This document shows, in pieces, positions 48,785 through 58,269 of a DNA stretch of 64,000 nucleotides. Source of the DNA: Desulfobacterales bacterium (lineage in GTDB: Bacteria; Desulfobacterota; Desulfobacteria; Desulfobacterales; JAHEIW01); assembly GCA_020353355.1 (NCBI GenBank), contig CP070694.1:3801822-3865821 (forward strand), in the 5' to 3' direction. Position 1 is the first letter of the stretch; each line of letters begins with the position of its first letter. The notes below the pieces were generated by a model. The model was not told the DNA's origin and did not search any database. It saw only the letters and a list, made by a program, of their open reading frames with translations. A program made the translations under genes and the position numbers.

Positions 48785-48914
48785 AGGTTTCGGGTGTCAG
48801 GTACAATTAGGTTTCAGATACCATCTAGTGTGTTTCTGACACCTGACACCTGAAACCTACTTAATCCTGAAAACCCGCGACTCGTAACACGAACCCGTAA
48901 CGCGCAACTCGATT
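48785..48914. repeat. Heptamer arrays forming an 18-bp stem, then an extended in-phase array
   Basis: aggtttc/gggtgtc/aggtaca (48785-48805) pairs with gacacct/gacacct/gaaacct (48838-48858). Positions 48785-48802 pair with 48841-48858 (17 Watson-Crick pairs plus 1 G-U). The array continues in phase to about 48914 (actcgta/acacgaa/cccgtaa...). Confidence 0.8.
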
Positions 48915-48935
48915 TTTCAGCAATCCGAACTCTCT

Positions 48936-49289
48936 TCAATCCTCCTGCTGGTCGAGACGTTTTCCCACAAAATAAGCATGAAGCGTAGCCGCAATCCAAC
49001 AGGAAACAACTAAAATTATGCTAATAAGCTCCACATCCCAGCTAGAATAGGCGGCTTGATCCATTGATGCGATTATTTTTTTAAAATCCACGGCGTCTTT
49101 GGCCAGCATCGGCAACACCTGATCGATTATCAGGCAAACCCGCCTCGCAATTCGATAGATAAGAATACCAAAACCGACTGTAATTAAACCAATGAAGGAA
49201 ACGCCGCTAAAGATATGACCCAAAATCAATTGCCCCGAGCCGGGATAAACTAGCCCGGATAAAAGTGCTGCTTTGATCGCTTGCCTCAT
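48936..49289 (-). CDS. Small membrane protein (3 predicted TM helices), hypothetical
   Basis: Hydrophobic segments only. No family recognised. Confidence 0.45.
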   Translation of the reverse strand: MRQAIKAALLSGLVYPGSGQLILGHIFSGVSFIGLITVGFGILIYRIARRVCLIIDQVLPMLAKDAVDFKKIIASMDQAAYSSWDVELISIILVVSCWIAATLHAYFVGKRLDQQED

Positions 49290-49388
49290 GGTCGCCCCCT
49301 ATCCCGGGCTAAGCGGGATATAATCTGCATTATAGCACTGCGACAATAGATAAACCAATTCTAATTCATTCAGAGCAAGAGGATTGGA

Positions 49389-49667
49389 TTAGTGGTTGTT
49401 TTTTTGAAATAAAAACCCGACCATGGCAAACAGAAAGATACATAAGCCGAGTAAAAAATAAACTATTGTATAATAATCAAATTTTTGCAAACCCATTTCC
49501 ATTAAGCTATCTCGATTAAATATATAAGCCCAGTAAAATGTAAAAATGTAGTTGACCAGCAAAGCCAATCGCACTTTACCAAATAAAAGGGCCAGCGTGC
49601 TGCTCAGCAGAAGAATAAGAATCTGAAATAAAGGAACCGCAAGTTCAGCATTAAAGAAGATGTCCAT
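49389..49667 (-). CDS. Small membrane protein (3 predicted TM helices), hypothetical
   Basis: Hydrophobic segments only. No family recognised. Confidence 0.45.
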   Translation of the reverse strand: MDIFFNAELAVPLFQILILLLSSTLALLFGKVRLALLVNYIFTFYWAYIFNRDSLMEMGLQKFDYYTIVYFLLGLCIFLFAMVGFLFQKNNH

Positions 49668-49873
49668 GGTATCTTTCTCCTCTAAACATTTTTATCTACG
49701 ATTTTAGCCTCTTATGAAATTAGGCCGGTTCGGCATGGATTGCAAATATCCCGCAGCCGAATCTGCACTCAGCTGACGACTCGTTTTCTGCAAAGGGCTT
49801 TTTTATGTGATATTTAGGTAGTATAGATATCGTCCCCTGCGACCAGAACTTTAGAAATTTAGAGGATAAATTA

Positions 49874-49902
49874 TTGACAGAACCTGCTTAAATATTTAGG
49901 AT
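49874..49902 (+). promoter_or_regulatory. Putative sigma-70 promoter of a ~150-nt leader or sRNA upstream of lnt
   Basis: TTGACA (49874-49879), a 17-nt spacer, then TAGGAT (49897-49902). Confidence 0.4.
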
Positions 49903-50034
49903 AATGTAAAATTTTAAGCACGGGCAAACTTTCACTGGATAATCCGACACCAAAGGGGTTCACGCCGATTTCAGCCTGAAGAAGTGAGGTATAATCCCAA
50001 TGGAATAGGTTTTTAAGACGAAACAAAGAGAAAT

Positions 50035-50058
50035 ACCCCGCTTGCTCGGGGTTTTTTT
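50035..50058 (+). terminator. Short intrinsic terminator overlapping the lnt start region
   Basis: accccg (50035-50040), loop cttgct, cggggt (50047-52), followed by a 7-T run (50052-50058) whose first T is the last stem base. Confidence 0.55.
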
Positions 50059-51640
50059 ATGGACATTGCCAAAATTGAGCTTAGATAAAAAAAATATATT
50101 GCTGGCGGTGGTAAGCGGGTTGTTGCTGACAGGCGCATTCCCCAAGATCGGAATAGACTGGCTGGCATGGATTGCCCTTGTTCCTCTGTTATATGCCTTG
50201 CAAGGGTTATCACCCGGGGGCAGTTTCCGGATGGGTTTTATAACCGGCCTGGTTCATTTTCTCTCATTGTTATATTGGCTCGTGCCGGTGATGCGAACCT
50301 ATGGATACCTGCCCTGGTATCTGGCAATATCAATATTGTTCCTTTTTTCTGCCGTGCTGGCTCTATTTATCGCCGTATTTGCAATGGCCCTGAGCGATCT
50401 GGGGGAAAAACCGGTCGGTTACCTGGTATTCGTTGCACCAATATGGGTGGCGCTGGAATATATTCGTTCGTTTATTTTTTCGGGTTTTCCCTGGGGGTTA
50501 ATAGGATATTCCCAGTTTGATCGTTTGCAACTGATTCAGATTTCAGATATATTCGGCGTATACGGCGTTTCGTTTTTAATTGTATTCGCCAATGCATCCA
50601 TTTTTTTTACGATTCTATATTTCAGCAAAAGGGGGTGGCAGAATACCCCGATTGCAAAAAGCCTGGCCGTTAGGTCTCTAATCGCGTTTATTCTATGCCT
50701 TGCATTAACGCTGACCTATGGGTTTTGGCGCATAAACTCAATTGAACAACGGGTTGCAGCTTCTCCAAAAATTCGCCTTACCGTAGTTCAGGGGAATATC
50801 GCTCAGGGAGTAAAGTGGGATCCCGCATTTCAAATTGCAACCATTCATAAATATAACCGGCTGTCTGCATACGCAAAAACGGATAATCCGGATTTGGTCG
50901 TATGGCCGGAATCGGCCACACCATTTTATTTTTCATATGAGATCAAGCCGACCGAAATGGTGATGCAAGGCATTCGTAAGGTGAATACCGATTTTTTATT
51001 CGGCAGTCCGTCGTTTATTCGCCGTAACAATATTGTCGAATACTATGTCAGCGCTTTTCTGGTCAGCCCGCAAAACAAAACGATCAGCAAGTATGATAAA
51101 GCGCATCTGGTACCCTATGGGGAATACGTTCCGCTAAAAAAATGGCTTCCGTTTTTGGGGAAAATTGTAGCTCATGTGGGAGATTTTGTACCCGGAAGGG
51201 TGGGGGCAACCCTTCCATGGAAAAATAATAATTTGGGGGTCCAGATTTGCTACGAAATTATTTTTGCCGAGCTTTCGCGGGCCATGGTTAAAAACAATGC
51301 CACGCTGCTCATAAATATAACCAATGATGCCTGGTTCGGGAAAACCAGCGGACCTTACCAGCATTTTTCCATGACGGTGTTCAGGGCGGTGGAGAATCGG
51401 CGGGCCCTGGCCCGATCTGCAAATACGGGTATTAGCGGCTTTGTCGATCCCGTCGGTAGGATTTTAGCCTCAACACCTTTGTTGGAAGAAGCCGTGGTTA
51501 CCCGGTCGTTGCCGCTGATAAAGGAAAAAACAATTTATACTCGCTTCGGCGATCTGTTTGCTTTGGCTTGCCTAGCAGTAACCCTTTTTGTTATATTACT
51601 GAAGTTCGGCAAATATGCCTTTAGATTAAAAACGGGTTAG
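50042..51640 (+). CDS. lnt: Apolipoprotein N-acyltransferase
   Basis: Multi-TM N-terminal half plus a CN-hydrolase domain with the WPE, YDKAHLVPYGEY and ICYE catalytic E-K-C contexts. Only TTG starts are available (50042, 50066, 50075), so the exact start is uncertain. Confidence 0.85.
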   Translation: MLGVFLWTLPKLSLDKKNILLAVVSGLLLTGAFPKIGIDWLAWIALVPLLYALQGLSPGGSFRMGFITGLVHFLSLLYWLVPVMRTYGYLPWYLAISILFLFSAVLALFIAVFAMALSDLGEKPVGYLVFVAPIWVALEYIRSFIFSGFPWGLIGYSQFDRLQLIQISDIFGVYGVSFLIVFANASIFFTILYFSKRGWQNTPIAKSLAVRSLIAFILCLALTLTYGFWRINSIEQRVAASPKIRLTVVQGNIAQGVKWDPAFQIATIHKYNRLSAYAKTDNPDLVVWPESATPFYFSYEIKPTEMVMQGIRKVNTDFLFGSPSFIRRNNIVEYYVSAFLVSPQNKTISKYDKAHLVPYGEYVPLKKWLPFLGKIVAHVGDFVPGRVGATLPWKNNNLGVQICYEIIFAELSRAMVKNNATLLINITNDAWFGKTSGPYQHFSMTVFRAVENRRALARSANTGISGFVDPVGRILASTPLLEEAVVTRSLPLIKEKTIYTRFGDLFALACLAVTLFVILLKFGKYAFRLKTG

Positions 51641-51677
51641 CCGGATAACCAATTCAGGATAGAGGGAGGTACATAAA

Positions 51678-52776
51678 ATGTCACTTGAACTCAAACACAC
51701 ATTAGATGAGCTGCAAACTAAATTAGATCACTTAAGGGCCTATCTTTGACATAGACGGCAAAGAAAAAAGACTTGCAGAAATCGAGCAAATAATTGCCAA
51801 AGATGGATTTTGGGATAATCCCGAAAAAACGAAACCGATTTTAAAAGAACGCACATCGATTTCGAGCAGGATTGATGATTTTAATAAACTTGTAAATGCG
51901 GTCGAAGAAAGCGAGGTTTTGCTAGATCTTGCCATCGAAGAATCCGATGAAGAGACGCTGCAAGAAGTTTCTCACCAAGTAAGCGATATCGAAGAAAAAA
52001 TCGACACGCTTTCCCTTGACCTCATGCTGGACGGCGAGGATGATGATAAAAATGCCATCGTGTCGATCAATGCCGGCGCCGGCGGTACTGAGGCACAGGA
52101 TTGGGCTGAGATGCTGTTTAGAATGTACGCCCGCTGGGTTGAACGTAAAGGATACCGGTTTGAATTGATCGATTTTCAGCCCGGAGAAGAGGCCGGCATC
52201 AAAAGTGTCACCTTCACGGCAAACGGTGAAAATGCCTACGGTTATTTGAAATCCGAAATCGGTGTTCACCGACTGGTGCGAATTTCACCGTTTGATGCCA
52301 GCCGAAAACGCCATACCTCGTTTGCATCGGTGTTTGTCTATCCTGAACTGGAGGACAAAATTGTTATCGATATCGAAGAAAAAGATTTAAGAATAGATAC
52401 ATTTAGAGCCAGCGGAGCCGGCGGTCAACACGTGAACAAAACCAGCAGCGCGGTTCGAATCACCCACCTTCCGACCGGAATTGTCGTGCAGTGTCAGCAG
52501 GAAAAGTCCCAACACCGCAATCGAGACCTGGCCATGAAAGTGCTGAAAGCCAGATTGTATCAGCACGAAAAGAAAAAACAAGACGAAAAACTTCAGGATA
52601 TGCACGACAGCAAGGACGAAATCGCCTGGGGAAGTCAGATTCGCTCTTATGTGCTGCATCCTTACCAGATGGTAAAAGACCACCGCATCAATCTCGAGGT
52701 GGGTAATGTAAACAGTGTCCTCGACGGCGACATTGACCGGTTTATTGAAGGAGTATTGCTCTCTAAAGAAAAATAG
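51678..52776 (+). CDS. prfB: Peptide chain release factor 2, with programmed +1 ribosomal frameshift at CTT TGA C (51744-51750)
   Basis: Frame 0 runs from ATG 51678 to the in-frame TGA at 51747-51749, preceded by AGGGCC TAT CTT. The +1 frame from GAC 51748 continues to 52776 and contains the SPF and GGQ motifs. Confidence 0.95.
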
Positions 52777-52838
52777 CTGTAAGAGGAGCGCCCTTTCAAG
52801 GCTTAAGGGTCGGCCTTTCAGGCCTTGAGCAGCGTTCC

Positions 52839-52915
52839 TTCGGAACTTGAGGTTAGAGGCAACCATTAAAATTCGTTGTGCCTCTGACCTCCAATCTCGA
52901 ACCTCAAACGCCTTA
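52839..52915. repeat. Complementary heptamer arrays and hairpin in the prfB-thiE spacer
   Basis: Left units ttcggaa/cttgagg/ttagagg; right units cctctga/cctccaa/tctcgaa/cctcaaa/cgcctta. Positions 52849-52861 pair with 52879-52891 (12 Watson-Crick pairs plus 1 G-U). Confidence 0.75.
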
Positions 52916-52920
52916 ATTCT

Positions 52921-53562
52921 ATGTTGTCTGGTATTTTAAAAAAGGTCCTTCGATTTTACTTTATAACCGATGATAGTGCTCCTGATTTGAGCCACCTGGA
53001 CCAAGTAAATATCGCTATTAATGCCGGCGCCACTATCATTCAATATCGTAACAAAGCGTTTGCATTGAATTCTTTTGAGGAAGTCGTCGCTATCCGCAAA
53101 CTATGCGCAAAGAGCTATATTCCATTTATCGTCAACGATAATATTCTACTGGCAAAGGCAGTCATGGCGGACGGTGTTCACCTGGGGCAGGAGGATGAAG
53201 ATCCGACAATTGCCAGGAGTGTTTTAGGTCCGGAGGCCATCATCGGCATTTCGGTGCATAATCCGGAAGAGTTGAAAAAAACAGACCTGTCATCCTGCAA
53301 TTATATCGGAACCGGACCTGTTTTTCCCACCACTACAAAAGCTGATACCCAAAAAGTTCGCGGCCTCTCAAATCTTGAAGCCGTCGCAAAGAATTCCCCG
53401 CTGCCGGTGGTAGCAATCGGCGGTATAACCAGCACGAATGCAGCATCCTGTTTTGAGCATGGAGCCACCGGCATCGCCGTAATCAGCGCAATTACCAGGG
53501 CCGAAGATCCGGAGAAAAACGCCCGAAAGCTGAGCCAGGCATGTGGGTGTCGGTCTCTTTGA
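52921..53562 (+). CDS. thiE: Thiamine-phosphate synthase
   Basis: 213 aa of TMP-TENI family sequence (YFITD, IQYRNK, GVHLGQED, GPVFPTTTK, VAIGGI). Confidence 0.9.
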   Translation: MLSGILKKVLRFYFITDDSAPDLSHLDQVNIAINAGATIIQYRNKAFALNSFEEVVAIRKLCAKSYIPFIVNDNILLAKAVMADGVHLGQEDEDPTIARSVLGPEAIIGISVHNPEELKKTDLSSCNYIGTGPVFPTTTKADTQKVRGLSNLEAVAKNSPLPVVAIGGITSTNAASCFEHGATGIAVISAITRAEDPEKNARKLSQACGCRSL

Positions 53563-53689
53563 TCTCACACGAATATTTCATGAAAATTTTGATCTGCTTT
53601 TCTATTTATTTTAATTTCATCACCGATAACACATCGCTGAGTGTTGAGTGAATTAAGGCAGCCAATCCAATGAATGAGCGGAGGTAAAA

Positions 53690-54214
53690 ATGGCTCAGGA
53701 TACAAAGAAATCCAATGTGGTAGGAGCCGATACACGCAAAGTGGCTTATGCCGTGGTTTTGGTAGCCATCGGTGTCGTTCTGGCACCCTATACCTCATTT
53801 CCGATCGGCATTGCCAAAGTCAATCCGACCCAGCACTTTGTAAATGTGATCGGTGCAGTCCTGCTGGGTCCGTGGTGGGCCACAACAATTGCAGCAGTGA
53901 TCGGGATAATTCGCAATGCGATGGGAGTGGGGACGTTACTGGCGTTTCCCGGCGGGATGATTGGTGCGTTCCTGGCAGGTTATTTTTATCGCTGGACACG
54001 CAATGTCTATGCGGGAGCAGGTGGCGAGGTAATCGGCACGGGCTTTATCGCGCCCGTGGTGAGTGCCCTTTTCGTGGCTCCCGTGTTGATGGGCAAAGCC
54101 ATTCCCCTGTTTGCGTTGGTTCCGTCATTTCTGACCAGCACCATAGCGGGGGCAATCCTGGGCGTGCTGGCAGTGAAGATGCTGCATCGCGCGGGAGTGG
54201 TTGCGCTGAGGTAA
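53690..54214 (+). CDS. thiW: ECF transporter S component ThiW (thiazole-moiety precursor)
   Basis: About 174 aa with NPTQHFVNVIGAVLLGPWWA, GTLLAFPGGMIGAFLAGYFYR and GEVIGTG, all typical of ThiW. It follows thiE. Confidence 0.8.
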   Translation: MAQDTKKSNVVGADTRKVAYAVVLVAIGVVLAPYTSFPIGIAKVNPTQHFVNVIGAVLLGPWWATTIAAVIGIIRNAMGVGTLLAFPGGMIGAFLAGYFYRWTRNVYAGAGGEVIGTGFIAPVVSALFVAPVLMGKAIPLFALVPSFLTSTIAGAILGVLAVKMLHRAGVVALR

Positions 54215-54223
54215 TAAATTACC

Positions 54224-55876
54224 GTGACTTCTCCTTTTATAATAACAGATAAGCTCCAATACGCTTACCCCAAGAGCAAAGATCATCCGGCGTTAAAGCA
54301 TATCGATTTGGAGATAAAATCGGATGAATATCTGCTGATGTGCGGTGCCAGCGGATCCGGCAAATCCACCCTTTGTCGAACCTTCAACGGCCTGATTCCC
54401 CATTTTTATGAAGGCGACTTCCGGGGACTTGTTTTGGTAGCCGGCGAATCCACGATTGAACAGTCGGTCGCAGAGCTTTCGGTCAAGGTGGGTATGGTTT
54501 TTCAAAATGCCGAAGCCCAATTGTTTAACCGCACCGTGGAACTGGAGCTTGCTTTCGGTCTGGAAAGTTTAGGATTGCCCAGTGAGAATATCAAGAAACG
54601 AATTGCCGAGACCGCAGAAATGATGGGGATCGAGGACTTGTTGCCGCGCAATCCGCATGAATTGTCAACCGGGGAACAACAGCTGGTATCGATTGTTGCT
54701 GTTTTGGCCATAAATCCGCAAATCGTCATATTGGATGAACCGTATTCCAATCTGGACCATGTGAATGTTCGCAGAGTTCGAGCGGCGCTAAATATGATTC
54801 ATATGCAACGAAAGGGGGTAGTCGTCTGTGAACATCGTTTACCCCTTACCGTAAGCGAGGCTCAACGGATGGTGGCCTTGCAGGAAGGCAGGATTGTATT
54901 GAATGGCTCTCCGGGCGAAGTCTTGCTGCGAGATGTGGAGGAATTTGGCCTGGAATCCCCTTTATCCGCACGCATCGGACGCCAATTAGAATTGCCGAAT
55001 TTGCCGCTAGATGTACGGACGCTTAAAAAGGATACCCCATCCGTAGTTTATCCGACCGAGTTTAAACCCGATTTATTTCAACCCGTATCGACCGATCTCC
55101 CGCCGGTTCTGGAGGTGGAAAATGTTGCCCTTGCGTTGGGTGATACGGCCATTCTTCACGAAATCAGCTTCACTCTTCGCCAGGGGGAATGTCTGGCTGT
55201 CGTCGGCGCCAATGGCGCCGGTAAAACCACACTGCTAAAGCATTTAAACGGTTTAATACGCCCATCCCGGGGAAAAGTCCGCGTGATGGGTCTAGATATA
55301 AGCTCGTCCAAGGTTTCCGATTTGGCCCGTTATGTGGGTGTCGCATTTCAAAATCCGGACAACCAGTTTTTCAAACTTACTGTGTGGGATGAAATTAGCG
55401 TGGGCCCGAAAGTATTGGGGCGTTATGATGAATCGTGGTTACAGGAGCTCGTAACGTTGTTTGGGTTGAGACATCTGTTGAACCGGTCGCCGTACCGATT
55501 GAGCGGCGGAGAAAAAAAACGCGTCGCATTTGCCGCTGCATTAGCCTGCAGGCCTAAGATTTTGGCGTTAGATGAGCCCACAGCCGGACAAGACCTGAAC
55601 TTTCGTCGGTCGCTTGGGGAAGTGTTCGCGCATCTGAGAGAAGTGGGGCAGGCTATTTTTGTGGTTACCCATGATCTGGCTTTTGCCGAACAATATGCAC
55701 ACCGATGGCTGCTGATGTCCAAGGGACAGATCATCGCCGAAGGTCAGCCCTGGCAGGTTATGGCTAACCAGAATGCCATGCGCCAGGCAAATCTGGAGCC
55801 TACGGATGCATTTTTAATATACAGCGGTATCCCAGAAAGAGATGGGGTTTTGAAATCAATAACAGACTGCCAATAG
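54224..55876 (+). CDS. Fused duplicated ECF transporter ATPase (EcfA-EcfA')
   Basis: Two ABC cassettes are present: GASGSGKST/LSTGEQQ/ILDEP and GANGAGKTT/LSGGEKKR/LALDEP. Confidence 0.9.
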   Translation: MTSPFIITDKLQYAYPKSKDHPALKHIDLEIKSDEYLLMCGASGSGKSTLCRTFNGLIPHFYEGDFRGLVLVAGESTIEQSVAELSVKVGMVFQNAEAQLFNRTVELELAFGLESLGLPSENIKKRIAETAEMMGIEDLLPRNPHELSTGEQQLVSIVAVLAINPQIVILDEPYSNLDHVNVRRVRAALNMIHMQRKGVVVCEHRLPLTVSEAQRMVALQEGRIVLNGSPGEVLLRDVEEFGLESPLSARIGRQLELPNLPLDVRTLKKDTPSVVYPTEFKPDLFQPVSTDLPPVLEVENVALALGDTAILHEISFTLRQGECLAVVGANGAGKTTLLKHLNGLIRPSRGKVRVMGLDISSSKVSDLARYVGVAFQNPDNQFFKLTVWDEISVGPKVLGRYDESWLQELVTLFGLRHLLNRSPYRLSGGEKKRVAFAAALACRPKILALDEPTAGQDLNFRRSLGEVFAHLREVGQAIFVVTHDLAFAEQYAHRWLLMSKGQIIAEGQPWQVMANQNAMRQANLEPTDAFLIYSGIPERDGVLKSITDCQ

Positions 55877-55937
55877 CTTATCTGATTCGGGATTGCGGAA
55901 AAATCGAGGATCCGTTATCGAGTATCGAGCAACGCTA

Positions 55938-56597
55938 ATGCTTGACCCCCGCACAAAACTTTTATTGTCAATTTATTATGCAGTGTTGATCATTGCTTCC
56001 GGCCATTTTAGCTGGTTGGCAGTGGAATGGGGACTATTGGTGCTGTTTGTGGTAATCATCGAAGAAGGAAACGCCTATCTGCGCTGGCTGCGTATGTTGC
56101 TTCCAATGGCGCTGTTTTTCGGCGCGGTAATGTGGTGGTCCGTTGGTGGAGGTGCTGCTGCAGCGGCTTCTATAAAACTGCTGGCGCTAACTTCCGCTTT
56201 TTTTGCATTTTTTATCACCACAGCGCCGGAAGATCTGGGTAATTCACTGGTCAAGATCGGCATACCCTATGCCGTTGCATTTGTGATGAGCACTGCCTTG
56301 CAATTTATCCCGGTAATCAGCCGCAAAGCCAAAAATGTGCTTGATGCCCAGCGCGCCAGAGGTATTCCCCTGGAGCCCGGCTGGTCCTCCTTACGCCACT
56401 ACCCGGCATTTTTAGGCCCGTTATTGATTCAAGCGTTTCGGCTCGCTGAAGAGCTGGCGGAAGCCATGGAGGCCCGCGGATTCGGCCGACCCCATCGCAC
56501 CTTTCTGAAGGATTACAAATTGCAACCAATGGATTGGCTGGCCATGGGAGGTGGTCTTCTGATTCTGATCACGTGCTTATTTTTACAGCGGTGGTGA
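55938..56597 (+). CDS. ECF transporter transmembrane component (EcfT/CbiQ family)
   Basis: Polytopic, with the conserved ARG coupling helix (AQRARGIPLE). The ATG is at 55938 and the track start is at 55893. Confidence 0.85.
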   Translation: MLDPRTKLLLSIYYAVLIIASGHFSWLAVEWGLLVLFVVIIEEGNAYLRWLRMLLPMALFFGAVMWWSVGGGAAAAASIKLLALTSAFFAFFITTAPEDLGNSLVKIGIPYAVAFVMSTALQFIPVISRKAKNVLDAQRARGIPLEPGWSSLRHYPAFLGPLLIQAFRLAEELAEAMEARGFGRPHRTFLKDYKLQPMDWLAMGGGLLILITCLFLQRW

Positions 56598-56712
56598 TGA
56601 AATCTTTACCTGTAGCTTAATTCTTCAATATTATACTGTCAGTTTTCGTCCCAGAAACGCGCAATTTTGCGCAAGGTCAAGGAAATCAAGGATTATTTTA
56701 AATTGAAAACCC

Positions 56713-58134
56713 TTACCAGCCCCAGGTAAGATAATCATGAATCGAGTTGGCTGCGATTCTCCCGGCTCCCATCGCCAGAATAACAGTGGCCGAGCCGGTA
56801 ACAATGTCGCCGCCGGCCCACACGCCCTTTTTGGTGGTTTTATTGGTTTTCTCCTCCACCTGGATGTAGCCCCATTTATTTAATTCCAGCCCTTCGGTGG
56901 ATCGGGTCAGCAGAGGATTGGCGCCGGTTCCTACAGCCACGATAACCAGATCACACTCCAGCTCGAACTCGGAACCATCGATAGCCACCGGCCGGCGGCG
57001 CCCGGAGGCATCCGGTTCGCCCAGTTCCATTTTCAGACATTCCATCCCGACCACACGTCCCTTATCATCTCCGATAAATTTTGTTGGGGCCGCAAGAAAG
57101 AAAAACTCCACGCCTTCTTCTTCGGCATGGTGCACCTCCGCACTCCTTGCCGGTACCTCTACTCTGGAGCGCCGATAAACGATTCTGGATTTTTCCGCAC
57201 CCAGACGCAACGCCGTGCGGGCAGAATCCATGGCCACATTTCCGGCTCCCAGTGTGACCACATTTTTACCTCTGATAATCGGCGTATCATACTCGGGAAA
57301 ACGATAGGCCTTCATTAAGTTGGATCGGGTCAGGTATTCATTGGCCGAATAGATGCCGATCAGATTTTTACCGGGCACATTCAAAAAAGTAGGTAGTCCT
57401 GCACCAACACCCACGAAAACAGCATCATATCCTTCCTCAAAGAGTTCATCTACGGTAATGGTTCTGCCGACGACCTGATTGCACTCCACCTTGACACCCA
57501 AACGTTCAAGGAAGTTGACTTCCTGGGCCACGATCTCCTTGGGTAACCTGAATTCGGGAATACCATAGAGCAGAACCCCGCCCGGCTTATGAAAGGCTTC
57601 AAATACGGTGACGTCATGGCCTTTGGCAATAAGATCTCCGGCAACCGTCAGACCCGCAGGGCCGGAGCCAACGACCGCAACCTTTTTCCCGGTGGGGTCC
57701 GCTTTTGGCGGCAAAGCACCGGTGCCATTTTCTCGCTCCCAATCGGCCGCAAACCGCTCCAGATTGCCAATGGCCACCGGATCTCCCTTTTTGCCGACGA
57801 TACACAGACCCTCACATTGGATCTCCTGGGGACAAACCCGTCCGCAGACCGCCGGAAGGCTGTTCATCTCCCATAGCTTTCTGATGGACTGGGTAAACTC
57901 ACCTTCTTTAATCAGCTTGATAAAGCCCGGGATGTCGATCCCCACCGGACAGCCCGGGACACATGACGGCTTTTTGCATTGCAGGCAACGTTCAGCCTCT
58001 TTCATGGCTGTTTCAGGAGAGTAGCCAAACGGCACCTCATCAAAGTTTTTGGCTCTCACCTTTGGTTCTTGCTCCGGCATCGGTTGCCGGGGAATCTTCT
58101 CTCTTTTTGGTGTTTTGGTCGCTTCCTCCGCCAT
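56713..58134 (-). CDS. nfnB: NADH-dependent reduced ferredoxin:NADP+ oxidoreductase large subunit (GltD/SudA-like)
   Basis: N-terminal Cys clusters (CLQCKKPSCVPGCPV; CGRVCPQEIQCEGLC) and two dinucleotide folds (VAVVGSGPAGL, VVTLGAGNVAMD). It is paired with an NfnA-like gene. Confidence 0.75.
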   Translation of the reverse strand: MAEEATKTPKREKIPRQPMPEQEPKVRAKNFDEVPFGYSPETAMKEAERCLQCKKPSCVPGCPVGIDIPGFIKLIKEGEFTQSIRKLWEMNSLPAVCGRVCPQEIQCEGLCIVGKKGDPVAIGNLERFAADWERENGTGALPPKADPTGKKVAVVGSGPAGLTVAGDLIAKGHDVTVFEAFHKPGGVLLYGIPEFRLPKEIVAQEVNFLERLGVKVECNQVVGRTITVDELFEEGYDAVFVGVGAGLPTFLNVPGKNLIGIYSANEYLTRSNLMKAYRFPEYDTPIIRGKNVVTLGAGNVAMDSARTALRLGAEKSRIVYRRSRVEVPARSAEVHHAEEEGVEFFFLAAPTKFIGDDKGRVVGMECLKMELGEPDASGRRRPVAIDGSEFELECDLVIVAVGTGANPLLTRSTEGLELNKWGYIQVEEKTNKTTKKGVWAGGDIVTGSATVILAMGAGRIAANSIHDYLTWGW

Positions 58135-58269
58135 TGTTATCCTCCGCTCATAAGATCTTATGGAAATTGCTCAACAACCGGTACATCATTGTTTATTCGG
58201 ATTTCGAATTTTTGGCCGACACAACAGCTTCCAGAGTAGACACAACCGATGATATTGTCTGTTCAAGCA

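Noticed and set aside
49909-50030. c-di-GMP-I (GEMM) riboswitch upstream of lnt
   Set aside because: CACGGGCAAAC and GACACCAAAGG resemble the two GEMM-I core strings. However, I could not draw the required P1a/P1b hairpins with a GNRA loop and receptor. I treat it as an unassigned leader or sRNA candidate only.
50059-50088. Frameshifted lnt start (ATG GAC ATT... mini-ORF joining the lnt frame via the A8 run)
   Set aside because: The ATG-frame stop (TAA at 50086-50088) is formed by the T at 50086 and the first two A's of the run, so slippage in the run cannot bypass it. TTG starts in the lnt frame explain the gene without invoking an error.
52777-53689. TPP riboswitch in front of thiE or thiW
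   Set aside because: The conserved THI-box strings are not present on either strand in either spacer.
53674-54252. 192-aa plus-strand ORF overlapping thiW in another frame
   Set aside because: Its Gly/Arg/Ser/Cys-rich translation is typical of an off-frame read of a membrane protein gene. The ThiW frame has clear family similarity and an RBS.
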